Virus record (IMG/VR): IMGVR_UViG_3300041583_000459
DNA from: an uncultured virus (IMG/VR IMGVR_UViG_3300041583_000459)
Lineage: Duplodnaviria; Heunggongvirae; Uroviricota; Caudoviricetes
Length of the DNA stretch: 20,000 nt
Strand: one strand, 5' to 3'
Shown one piece after another: positions 1 through 7,737 of the stretch. Position 1 is the stretch's first letter. Every line of letters begins with the position of its first letter. The notes under the pieces were generated by a model. The model was not told the DNA's origin and made no database searches. It worked only from the letters and a program-made list of their open reading frames with translations. The translations under genes and the position numbers were made by a program.

Positions 1-307
1 ATGGAAGATAATGGAAGTTGATGCCTAAGAAACCACCCTTTGCTTTATTTATTGGAAATATTAAAGGGAACCTATCATAATACGGTAGTGTGGCTTTGTG
101 TTTTGGATCATAAAAGAACATGTACATATTGCCAATTCGGAACCTACTTTCAAATTGATTTTCTTTACTTTTCATCAGAGAGGTTTCGTTTATCTTACCA
201 AGACCTTTGGCTTGATCCCGATACCATGTCCTTGCCGTGCTTGTTCGTGCTGGCACTTGTCCAGCCTTCAACCCCTTGAGTAATAAATCATCGAAAATTT
301 TAGCCAT
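1..307 (-). CDS. gp2: DNA end protector protein (T4 gp2-like), 3' end runs off the window
   Basis: Not in the ORF track; translated by hand from ATG at 307-305: MAKIFDDLLLKGLKAGQVPARTSTARTWYRDQAK...RIGNMYMFFYDPKHKATLPYYDRFPLIFPINKAKGGFLGINFHYLP. The YDPKHK-LPYYDRFPL and GINFHYLP motifs are characteristic of gp2. It starts 1 nt after the gp4 stop. Confidence 0.93.
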   Translation of the reverse strand, partial: MAKIFDDLLLKGLKAGQVPARTSTARTWYRDQAKGLGKINETSLMKSKENQFESRFRIGNMYMFFYDPKHKATLPYYDRFPLIFPINKAKGGFLGINFHYLP

Positions 308-308
308 T

Positions 309-767
309 CTATTTTATCCCAAGTCCTTTTTCTGTCATTATTTCAAAAACCCAACCTTTTTCGTCACAGTATTTTTTTGCAGCTATCCACTTCGCTTCAT
401 TAACACCATAAGTTTTAACCTCGCGCAAATACCTTGTAGATATTCTTCCAGTTGGTGTAGAATTTTTCTTTTGAATGTCTGGTGGTCTAGTCTGCTTGTC
501 TGGTTTAATTTCTATCATCACTATTGCATATTTATCATCGCCAATTTTTTTCTTTAAAATAACATCAGGGAAGTAACGATGCATTTTTCCATCTATAGGT
601 GAACGATAAGGTACTGCGATTTCTTCACTCTGCCACCAAATGATATCTGGGTGCTTATCCACAAATCTAAAAAATTTTAATTCCCAAAGCGACCTGTAAA
701 TAATCTTACTTGGGTCGCCTTTATATTTTTCTGGTTTATTTGGCTTAAATCGTCCACTATATGCCAT
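309..767 (-). CDS. gp4: Head completion nuclease (T4 gp4-like, TnsA-N / PD-(D/E)XK fold)
   Basis: MAYSGRFKPNKPEKYKGDPSKIIYRSLWELKF, W-SEEI-VPY-SP-DGK-HRYFPD, IEIKP and NEAKW-AA motifs match gp4. It lies next to gp2 as in T4-like phages. Confidence 0.95.
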   Translation of the reverse strand: MAYSGRFKPNKPEKYKGDPSKIIYRSLWELKFFRFVDKHPDIIWWQSEEIAVPYRSPIDGKMHRYFPDVILKKKIGDDKYAIVMIEIKPDKQTRPPDIQKKNSTPTGRISTRYLREVKTYGVNEAKWIAAKKYCDEKGWVFEIMTEKGLGIK

Positions 768-783
768 TTTTTATTTTCTTTCG

Positions 784-791
784 TATAAATA
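784..791 (+). promoter_or_regulatory. T4-type late promoter (gp55-dependent) for the gp48-onward structural operon
   Basis: Exact TATAAATA in the intergenic gap, 43 nt upstream of the gp48 ATG, which has an AAGGAAG Shine-Dalgarno-like site. Confidence 0.85.
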
Positions 792-808
792 AGAATAAGC
801 GTTAATAC

Positions 809-816
809 TATTTATA
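809..816 (-). promoter_or_regulatory. T4-type late promoter for gp4-gp2
   Basis: TATTTATA on the + strand (TATAAATA on the - strand), 41 nt upstream of the gp4 ATG at 767. Confidence 0.85.
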
Positions 817-834
817 CGAACATAAGGAAGATAA

Positions 835-1812
835 ATGCCAATATCTACAGTAATAGAAAGAAAAAGAAGAGGCAGAAATAGTAATATATTGCAGTTCCCC
901 GATGATTTGGGTGCGCACTCTCTTCTTTTTATGTTCAGAAAATACGAGTACGTTAAGCCAGGTGAAAGGGCGCTCAATAAGGTTACTGATGAAACTTTGT
1001 CTAATGCTAATCTTACTGGCATGGATAACATAATGCTTCCTTTACCAACTAACATAGCAGATAACTTCACTGTTAGAATACAAAGATTTGATCAGGAATT
1101 TACAGGTGATATTGTGTCTGCTGGTGCCGCTGGTCTGGGCGTACAAGGAAATGTGTCTGACCAAACATTAGGCAATTTGGGTGGGGTTGTGCTAGATTCG
1201 CTCCCTACGCCAGATTTGAAAGCATTGATGGCATTGGACTTGGGAAGCCTGTCAAGAGATGCTGCATTTTTATCAAGAAGAGTTATTGACAAAAATTTTA
1301 GTGGTTTGTCGAGAAATTTAGATGCTGGTTTTGGCAATACAGTAAATCCAAAAGCATCATTATTTTTTGATGGTATTGAAATGAAAACCCACACATTCAA
1401 TTGGAGTTTAGCTCCTAGATCCGAATCAGAATCAAAGGCAATTCGAGACATAAATAATACAATAAAGAAAAACATACTTCCATCTTACGGCCAAGTTCGT
1501 GGTCTAAATAGAGTACTTTTGAATTATCCAAGCACTGTTGACATATTTTTCTTTGGTGTGGATCAATCATATTTCGTGTATTATAAAACTTGCATGGTAC
1601 AATCTTTCAGTGTGGACTTTTCACCACAAGGTCTTGCTTTTGTAAAAGGCGGAAAGCCTGCCATGGTTAATATTTCTATGAACGTCATAGAAACAGATAT
1701 ACATACTTCCGAAGATTACGGCGGGGTAGGTAGCACCAATTCAGGACAAACGGATGAAGATATCCAAGGCGCTATAGCCGATTTGCAGCGCGGAATTACA
1801 AGAGGATTTTAA
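835..1812 (+). CDS. gp48: Baseplate tail-tube cap (T4 gp48-like)
   Basis: LQFPDDL, IMLPLPTNIADN, VNP...FDGIEMKTHTFNWSLAPRSESES, YPSTVDI and C-V-SFSVDFSPQG...GKPAMVNISMNVIE motifs are typical of the gp48/gp19-fold family. It lies directly upstream of gp53. Confidence 0.85.
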   Translation: MPISTVIERKRRGRNSNILQFPDDLGAHSLLFMFRKYEYVKPGERALNKVTDETLSNANLTGMDNIMLPLPTNIADNFTVRIQRFDQEFTGDIVSAGAAGLGVQGNVSDQTLGNLGGVVLDSLPTPDLKALMALDLGSLSRDAAFLSRRVIDKNFSGLSRNLDAGFGNTVNPKASLFFDGIEMKTHTFNWSLAPRSESESKAIRDINNTIKKNILPSYGQVRGLNRVLLNYPSTVDIFFFGVDQSYFVYYKTCMVQSFSVDFSPQGLAFVKGGKPAMVNISMNVIETDIHTSEDYGGVGSTNSGQTDEDIQGAIADLQRGITRGF

Positions 1813-2193
1813 ATGAGTGAATATTTTGAAACACTTCCACTGATAAGATATGATGGTAAATTGTCAAGAGATTTATCAAGAAACGATAAGTTCAATAATT
1901 TTAGTCTTTCAAATCCATATGTTTTTTTGCCATACACTATAAAAGATGATGATAAAGCAGAAGACATTGCCTTTTATTATTATGGTAGCACTGACTATAC
2001 TTGGTTGGTATATCTTTCAAACAATACACTAGACCCATATCATGATTGGCCACTTTCAGAACAAAATTTTCATGAGTACTTAATACAAAAATACAAAGTT
2101 GAATCAGGTGGATTGGAAGGTTATGATGTGGTAGATTGGACAAGAAGACAAGACAATGATGATAATATAGTTTACTACTATAAGGAAGTATGA
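1813..2193 (+). CDS. gp53: Baseplate wedge protein gp53, N-terminal LysM-like part
   Basis: YFETLPLIRY, then YTIKDDDKAEDIAFYYYGSTDYTWLVYLSNNTLDPYHDWPLSE, the gp53 signature. At 126 aa it lacks the usual C-terminal motif. Confidence 0.88.
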   Translation: MSEYFETLPLIRYDGKLSRDLSRNDKFNNFSLSNPYVFLPYTIKDDDKAEDIAFYYYGSTDYTWLVYLSNNTLDPYHDWPLSEQNFHEYLIQKYKVESGGLEGYDVVDWTRRQDNDDNIVYYYKEV

Positions 2194-2435
2194 TGCCAGA
2201 TATAATAAAATTAAACACAATAAGCTTCCAAACTTTATATTTAAGAAAAGAAGATAGTGTGATATTGAGAACAGAATCGAATAAAAAAATTGTTATTGAT
2301 AGGATCATTCCAGAAGAATGGAAGCCTTATAGAATCTATGATCTCGAATATGCTACTAATGAAAATAAAAGAAATATTCTTTTAGTTGACAAGAAATACT
2401 TGTCGCAAATTGATGATGAAATTAGAAATAGATAA
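2193..2435 (+). CDS. gp53 C-terminal part encoded as a separate ORF (alternative start 2190)
   Basis: Ends with YRIYDLEYATNENKRNILLVDKKYL, matching the Y-E---NE-KR-I motif at the end of full-length gp53. It has its own AAGGAAG SD and an ATGATG overlap with the upstream stop. Confidence 0.75.
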   Translation: MPDIIKLNTISFQTLYLRKEDSVILRTESNKKIVIDRIIPEEWKPYRIYDLEYATNENKRNILLVDKKYLSQIDDEIRNR

Positions 2436-3703
2436 TGTCAGAAGGATATGTATTACCTGGGTTTTATACTTTAGAAAAAGCTATTATATCAAATTATAAT
2501 GGCAAGCAAATTGATATTCAAAATATAATACCAAGAATTGATATAAATGAATCCATAGAATATGATAGCATTAGAGGTTCTATTGATATAGTAGATAATA
2601 TAGGATTTATGGAAGATTTTCCACTTCGCGGCGAAGAGCGGTTAGAGCTATCTTTTATAGACCCATTAAAAACCAAAAAAGTGTTCGATCTTTTTGTATA
2701 TAAAATTGATAACGTCCAGATAAAACCAAATAATGATGGTGTGATATACACGATGCATTTTACTTCATATGCAAGATTTAAAGCAGGTTTGAGAAAAATA
2801 CTGACGCCATACGAAACCGCTATTTCAAACATCGCACAGGATGTATACGAAAAGTATTATGACAGTCCAAAACCTATTGTAATAGAACCGACAGAAGGCA
2901 TTTTCAGATGTGTTATCCCAAACTATACGCCAATGCAGACTATGAATTTTTTGGCTTCAAGGGCATACAGTATAGAAAGTCCTTCTTGTTCTTTTAGATT
3001 TTTTGAAAACAGCGATAGCTTCAATTTCGTATCTGATGAGTTTCTTATGAAAACCGCATTTGACAATGATGGCAAAGATATAAAAGAGTTTACGTTCGAT
3101 CTTAATATTGACAATTCCGGAATAGAATTTTTGAAGCAGATGCAAAATCTTAAAGAGTTGTATAATTCACAAAGAGCAGACTCAATTTCCGATTTAAATT
3201 CTGGAGCCTACACAAACAATGTTGTTGAGCTAGACTTAGTAAGGAAAAAGCTTATCAACAATCGTTATGTGTATAGAGAAGAAAAAGATCGGTACATTAA
3301 GTTTGATGTTAATAGCAAAGATACACACAGCGAACAATTTGAAAACGATGTTTTTGTACAAGAAAACGAACGAAAGTTTTTGTTGGTTCGAGATTACGGA
3401 TCACTTGGTGACGAGCCCAGCAATATTAGGGGCGAACAATTTTTAGCTGAGATTGCTTCTAATAGATTAGCATATAGACATCATCTAAAAGGTACAACAG
3501 TAAATGCAGTTGCTTATGGGAGATTAGACTTGAAGGCGGGCGATGTGATTAAGTTGCTGGTAACAGAATTTACTTCAAGTTCAGATAAGAAAAACAACCC
3601 CCAACTTTCCGGCAATTATCTTTTACATACCTTGAGACACAGTTTTGACAATGACGTATATCAAGTAGTTATGCAATTAGTAAAATATGATTGGAGTTCA
3701 TAA
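2435..3703 (+). CDS. Baseplate hub protein (gp27/GPD/VgrG-N-like)
   Basis: 422 aa between gp53 and gp5. It has an N-terminal INESI...GSIDIVDNIG...PLRGEE, a central FRFFENSDSFNFVS and a C-terminal GRLDLKAGDVIKL...LSGNYLLHTLRHSF, typical of contractile-tail hub proteins. TAATG overlaps occur at both ends. Confidence 0.72.
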   Translation: MSEGYVLPGFYTLEKAIISNYNGKQIDIQNIIPRIDINESIEYDSIRGSIDIVDNIGFMEDFPLRGEERLELSFIDPLKTKKVFDLFVYKIDNVQIKPNNDGVIYTMHFTSYARFKAGLRKILTPYETAISNIAQDVYEKYYDSPKPIVIEPTEGIFRCVIPNYTPMQTMNFLASRAYSIESPSCSFRFFENSDSFNFVSDEFLMKTAFDNDGKDIKEFTFDLNIDNSGIEFLKQMQNLKELYNSQRADSISDLNSGAYTNNVVELDLVRKKLINNRYVYREEKDRYIKFDVNSKDTHSEQFENDVFVQENERKFLLVRDYGSLGDEPSNIRGEQFLAEIASNRLAYRHHLKGTTVNAVAYGRLDLKAGDVIKLLVTEFTSSSDKKNNPQLSGNYLLHTLRHSFDNDVYQVVMQLVKYDWSS

Positions 3704-5703
3704 TGGAAGAAAGTGGCATGGGGATAAAGAACCCATTGTGGTTTATCGGTGTGGTCGAAAACAATGTGGACGAAAGGCTTGAAGGAAGGGTACAGGTAAG
3801 GGCCTTCAACGTTCATGGTACAGTAGACCAAGTTCCATCAGATAGCCTTCCATGGGCCATCCCAATAAGCGGTAGCTATGATCCAAACAATCCACCTCCA
3901 CCATTGAACTCTTGGGTGTTTGGATTTTTCATTGATGGACGTGATGCACAACAGCCTATGATATTAGGATTGATCCCTACGCAAATGACCGAAACCATAG
4001 ATCCACAAAAAAATGGTTGGGGTAGATTCCCCAACAGTGAGCCATCATATTATGATAGACTTGCTTTTGGTAGTAGGGCGCGCGATTTTGGACAACCACT
4101 TTTGTCAAGATTGGCAAGAGGCGAAAACATAGAAGAAACTTACGTCTTAGGACAAGAAGTAAATAGAGTCCGTAATATTTCTTCTACTGAAGGAAACCCA
4201 ACATGGGAAGAACCAAGTGCGGCATATGCTGCACAATACCCATTTAATAGAGTTACAGAAACCGCATCAGGACACTCTATTGAAATAGATGATACCCCAG
4301 GTGCCGAAAGAATAATGATATGGCATCGCTCTGGTTCATTTTTACAAATAGATTCCAGAGGAACCAAATTAGATAAAACAGCGTCAGATAAGTATGATGT
4401 AACAAAAGATAATCATCATGTTTATATAGGTGGTCGCAGTATCGTAACGATAGAAGGCGATAGTCATGTTATTGTGAAAGGAAATAAGACCGAAGAAATA
4501 TTCGGAGATTATAGACAAATGATCCATGGCAATCATGAACTTTCTGTTGCGGGTCAGCTAAACTTAAATTCAAGTGAAGAAATACAAGCAAGAGGCGCTA
4601 AGATTAGAATCGAAGCAAATGTAGAAAATGTTAATATCAAATCAGCAAAAAACATGAATGTCGAATCCGCCAAGTCTATCCATATAAAATCAGGAATTTC
4701 CATATTTCAAGAAGCAACTAATTCGATTAATATAAAATCAGGTGATGACTTACTTGCACAATTTGGTGGGGTTGCCAACATAAAATCACAAAGCATGTAC
4801 CTAACCTCTTCTGGTGCGCTTGATATTAAAGGCGGTCATGTCAAGATAGGCGGCGGCACAAAAATTAGCTTAAACGCTAGTTTGGTAGCAGTAGACGATA
4901 TCATACAGCTTTCAAGTGGACAGTCAGTCGTGCCCGTGCAAGCAAGCAATTCAAATAGCGCAGAATCTGCGGAAAGCGCAGAATTACCAGAACCAACAGC
5001 TAAAGCAATCGGTTCTACAGCTGGTTCTACAGGTAGTTCTACAGGAGGCGGCGGCGGCGGATCATATAAAAACACTTCATCAATCGGTTCTACTGGGTTT
5101 TCATCACAAGACGATAACGATGGGTCAGTAGGTGGTGGTGGTGGCGAGACTTCTGAATTTGCACCAGAAGCATTAAGATCATTATTAAATCTTATTGCCA
5201 AGGCTGAATCAGAAGCAGCAGGGGGATATAATGCGTACAATAGAGGAACTTCTGGAAATAAGGTGTTATCCGCCAACAGCAAGGTAGATTTTAGCCAAAT
5301 GACAATTGCAGAATTGCGTAGAAGACAAGCATTACCTATATCTAATCCAGATAGGATATTTGCGGCAGGTAGATACCAAATCATACCTTCTACTCTTACA
5401 GAAACACTTGCAAGAACCAATATCAGTAACAGTGACAAGTTTTCACCGGACGTGCAAGATGCACTCGGAATCCAACTTTTGGTTAGCGGTGGTCTCAATA
5501 GATACAAAAGTGGCGCAATAACCAAAGAACAGTTCGGAAATAATATAGCTAGAATATGGGCAGGTTTGCCAGTCATAACTGGTCCAAAAGCTGGCAATAG
5601 TTTTTACGGAGGTCCAAATAAATCGAACGTATCAATTAGTGCAACTTTAAGTGCAATAGACTACATCAAGAACTACACTGGTTCTGGTGGGGTTATGGTT
5701 TAA
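3703..5703 (+). CDS. gp5: Baseplate central spike gp5 (OB fold + beta-helix) with C-terminal lambda-lysozyme/lytic-transglycosylase-like domain
   Basis: The OB-fold motifs are WFIGVVENNVD...GRVQVRAF...LPWA and WVFGFFIDGRDAQQPMILG. These are followed by YPFNRVTETASGHSIEIDDTPGAERI-IWHRSGSF, beta-helix-like repeats, a Gly/Ser linker and a domain with LLNLIAKAES...GYNAYN...AAGRYQIIPSTL...FSPDVQD...WAGLP. The ATG at 3703 (GGAG SD, TAATG coupling) is preferred over the TTG at 3691. Confidence 0.92.
   Translation: MEESGMGIKNPLWFIGVVENNVDERLEGRVQVRAFNVHGTVDQVPSDSLPWAIPISGSYDPNNPPPPLNSWVFGFFIDGRDAQQPMILGLIPTQMTETIDPQKNGWGRFPNSEPSYYDRLAFGSRARDFGQPLLSRLARGENIEETYVLGQEVNRVRNISSTEGNPTWEEPSAAYAAQYPFNRVTETASGHSIEIDDTPGAERIMIWHRSGSFLQIDSRGTKLDKTASDKYDVTKDNHHVYIGGRSIVTIEGDSHVIVKGNKTEEIFGDYRQMIHGNHELSVAGQLNLNSSEEIQARGAKIRIEANVENVNIKSAKNMNVESAKSIHIKSGISIFQEATNSINIKSGDDLLAQFGGVANIKSQSMYLTSSGALDIKGGHVKIGGGTKISLNASLVAVDDIIQLSSGQSVVPVQASNSNSAESAESAELPEPTAKAIGSTAGSTGSSTGGGGGGSYKNTSSIGSTGFSSQDDNDGSVGGGGGETSEFAPEALRSLLNLIAKAESEAAGGYNAYNRGTSGNKVLSANSKVDFSQMTIAELRRRQALPISNPDRIFAAGRYQIIPSTLTETLARTNISNSDKFSPDVQDALGIQLLVSGGLNRYKSGAITKEQFGNNIARIWAGLPVITGPKAGNSFYGGPNKSNVSISATLSAIDYIKNYTGSGGVMV
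5006..5145 (+). repeat. Low-complexity Gly/Ser/Thr linker with short repeats
   Basis: CAATCGGTTCTAC occurs at 5006-5018 and 5081-5093, GTTCTACAG occurs three times, and there is a GGC run at 5047-5060 and a GGT run from 5131. Confidence 0.8.
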
Positions 5704-5715
5704 TAGGAATCTACA

Positions 5716-7317
5716 ATGATAGAATACCAAGATAATCCAAATAATATAGAAAATCGCGTTTTAGCTGAAGTTTTCGTGCCAACTAGTGTTGTGACAAATG
5801 CACCTAACTCTTGTGACAATACAAGCGACATGGACAAAAAATATATAAACGCAACTAATGTTGCCCCTTCTAATGATGGATTTTTAAGAAGAAGTGATGT
5901 TTCTTTTTTGGTTTCAAATTTCGAAAGTCAGATCATATTTTCGGAAAGAAATCCGATTGCTGATGTGATTTCTAATTTTGGTGAAGAAGACTTTAGGAAT
6001 TCTGTCAATGCCACGAATTTGTTTTTCTATAGGGCAAAAAATCCAATAGCTCCACAAGCCAAAATAGATTTTCTGCAATATCCAAATATAGAGTTTCGTT
6101 TAAATCAAGGAACATCCATAACATCTGTTGAAATAGCGGAGTTTACGATATCAAACTTTTTCACGCCACAATCATTAACCCAAGAATATATTGAAAACCC
6201 AAGTGTCACTTTAAGGCAATGGGATAATTTTTACAATAGTAGCTTTTCTAAATCATCACTTGGTTCATTCTGTGCATTAGCTCCTACGATATTTGGAGCA
6301 GTAGCTGGGTTCTTTACATTGGCACAAGATTTGGCCGGAAAAATAAGTGACTTTATTGGAAAAATAACGAACTTCAGTATCGCAAGTTTGTTAGACAATT
6401 TGAAAAATCAAATTAGTAAGATTATAGATAAGTCAATAGAAAACATAAAAAATATAGTAGAAAATTTTAATGTGGGCAATATAATATCAAAAGTACAAAC
6501 TTTCACAGTCGAGTCAATTTTAGCCATTGCTTTACAGATAAAAGACGAGGCTTTAAGTTTCTTCTCAGAAGAAAATATCAAAGCTTTCAAAGAAAAGGTA
6601 AATGGCCTTTTGGCTTATGCTATAAACATATTCAAAAATCCATCATTGGAAGAAATACAGTATTTGATATATCGGTTTTGCACTTTTATTGAGCAAGTAG
6701 AGGGATTGATAGATAGCGTAAAAGCACCATTGGATTCATTCGCATCTAACTTCAATTCCTCATATGATTCTATCAGAACAACAAGTGCTATGAACACCAC
6801 AAGAGCTATTCAATCTGGTGCACTTAGGTTTGATTCCCAGACAAGAAAATCACAAACCGATAGTATGCAAGATCGAACACGTGCGACAGGGACAAGTAAT
6901 CCACAACCAGTATCTGAACAAGATATAGAAGGAGTCACCAGTTGGAACGGGGGCAAAGGTGACAACAGAATAAAAATGGGACCTGGGTTGCAATCAAATA
7001 GGATGGGCATAGAAGGTTGGATAAGAGTATCGCCTACCGCAAGGATATATTTAATGCGGGTTCAAAAAAGGTTTGGTAAGGTATTAACTGTAACTAGTGG
7101 ATACAGAAGTCCAGCACACAATAAATCTATTGATGGGGCCAAAAATAGCAAGCACATGGATGGTACAGCATTTGATATAACTTGGAGTGGTATAAATACA
7201 CAAAACAGAGAAGAGTTTATAAATATAGCATACGAAGAAGGATTTTTAGGAATAGGAAGATATGGAAATAGATTTGTCCATATAGATCTTGGTCCTAAAA
7301 GAAATTGGGGGAGTTAA
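5716..7317 (+). CDS. Probable virion-associated protein: large helical region plus C-terminal peptidase M15 (Zn D-Ala-D-Ala peptidase-type) domain
   Basis: The C-terminus reads VTSGYRSPAHN...AKNSKHMDGTAFDI...GFLGIGRYG-RFVHIDLG, with H(7153)-x6-D(7174) and H(7279) as Zn ligands. There is an AGGA SD after the tandem TAA TAG stops of gp5. Confidence 0.85.
   Translation: MIEYQDNPNNIENRVLAEVFVPTSVVTNAPNSCDNTSDMDKKYINATNVAPSNDGFLRRSDVSFLVSNFESQIIFSERNPIADVISNFGEEDFRNSVNATNLFFYRAKNPIAPQAKIDFLQYPNIEFRLNQGTSITSVEIAEFTISNFFTPQSLTQEYIENPSVTLRQWDNFYNSSFSKSSLGSFCALAPTIFGAVAGFFTLAQDLAGKISDFIGKITNFSIASLLDNLKNQISKIIDKSIENIKNIVENFNVGNIISKVQTFTVESILAIALQIKDEALSFFSEENIKAFKEKVNGLLAYAINIFKNPSLEEIQYLIYRFCTFIEQVEGLIDSVKAPLDSFASNFNSSYDSIRTTSAMNTTRAIQSGALRFDSQTRKSQTDSMQDRTRATGTSNPQPVSEQDIEGVTSWNGGKGDNRIKMGPGLQSNRMGIEGWIRVSPTARIYLMRVQKRFGKVLTVTSGYRSPAHNKSIDGAKNSKHMDGTAFDITWSGINTQNREEFINIAYEEGFLGIGRYGNRFVHIDLGPKRNWGS
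7191..7225 (+). promoter_or_regulatory. Two tandem late-promoter consensus sites upstream of gp25
   Basis: TATAAATA at 7191-7198 and 7218-7225, inside the M15 coding region and about 95-120 nt before the gp25 start. Confidence 0.5.
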
Positions 7318-7319
7318 AC

Positions 7320-7736
7320 ATGCCTGTTCCGTTCATATCGCCTGTAGCCAAGCGCGTATCATTATATTCAGATTTTCACAAAGATTTGACTGCCAATCCA
7401 ATATCAAACGACATTGCAATAAAGCGCGATGAAGAAGCTATAAAGGAATCTATAAGAAACCTATTACTTACTGATAGAGGCGAAAGATTATTTCAACCAA
7501 ATCTTGGTAGTGATTTGAGAGCAACTTTATTTGAAAATAACACACCAGCTACTATAAAAATAATTCAAGAACAAGTCAAGGCAACTATTAGCGCATACGA
7601 GCCAAGAGTTGAATTGATTAGTGTAGAGGCTACTTCTTCTTTAGATGATAATGCTCTGCGCATCAACGTTTCATTTTATATAAGAAATAACGAAAGCCCA
7701 ATAACTGTTACTGTATTTTTAGAGAGAATTAGGTAA
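7320..7736 (+). CDS. gp25: Baseplate wedge / sheath-initiation protein gp25
   Basis: YSDF...AIKESIRNLLLTDRGERLFQPNLGSDL...LFE...YEPRV is the GPW_gp25 signature. The ATG at 7320 follows a GGGGGAG SD and is preferred over the TTG at 7305. Confidence 0.95.
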   Translation: MPVPFISPVAKRVSLYSDFHKDLTANPISNDIAIKRDEEAIKESIRNLLLTDRGERLFQPNLGSDLRATLFENNTPATIKIIQEQVKATISAYEPRVELISVEATSSLDDNALRINVSFYIRNNESPITVTVFLERIR

Positions 7737-7737
7737 G

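Noticed and set aside
40..557. Plus-strand ORFs 40-279, 98-283 and 237-557
   Set aside because: They lie antisense to the clearly recognisable gp2 and gp4 genes.
2170..2200. Stop-codon recoding or programmed frameshift joining the gp53 halves
   Set aside because: The two ORFs are in different frames, so readthrough would not join them. No slippery heptamer is evident, and TAA, TAG and TGA all end genes normally elsewhere in the window.
4836..5597. 253-aa antisense ORF opposite the gp5 linker and lysozyme domain
   Set aside because: It is a codon-aligned mirror of the sense frame (poly-Pro opposite poly-Gly), with no motif, promoter or SD seen. It is most likely a shadow ORF rather than an immunity gene.
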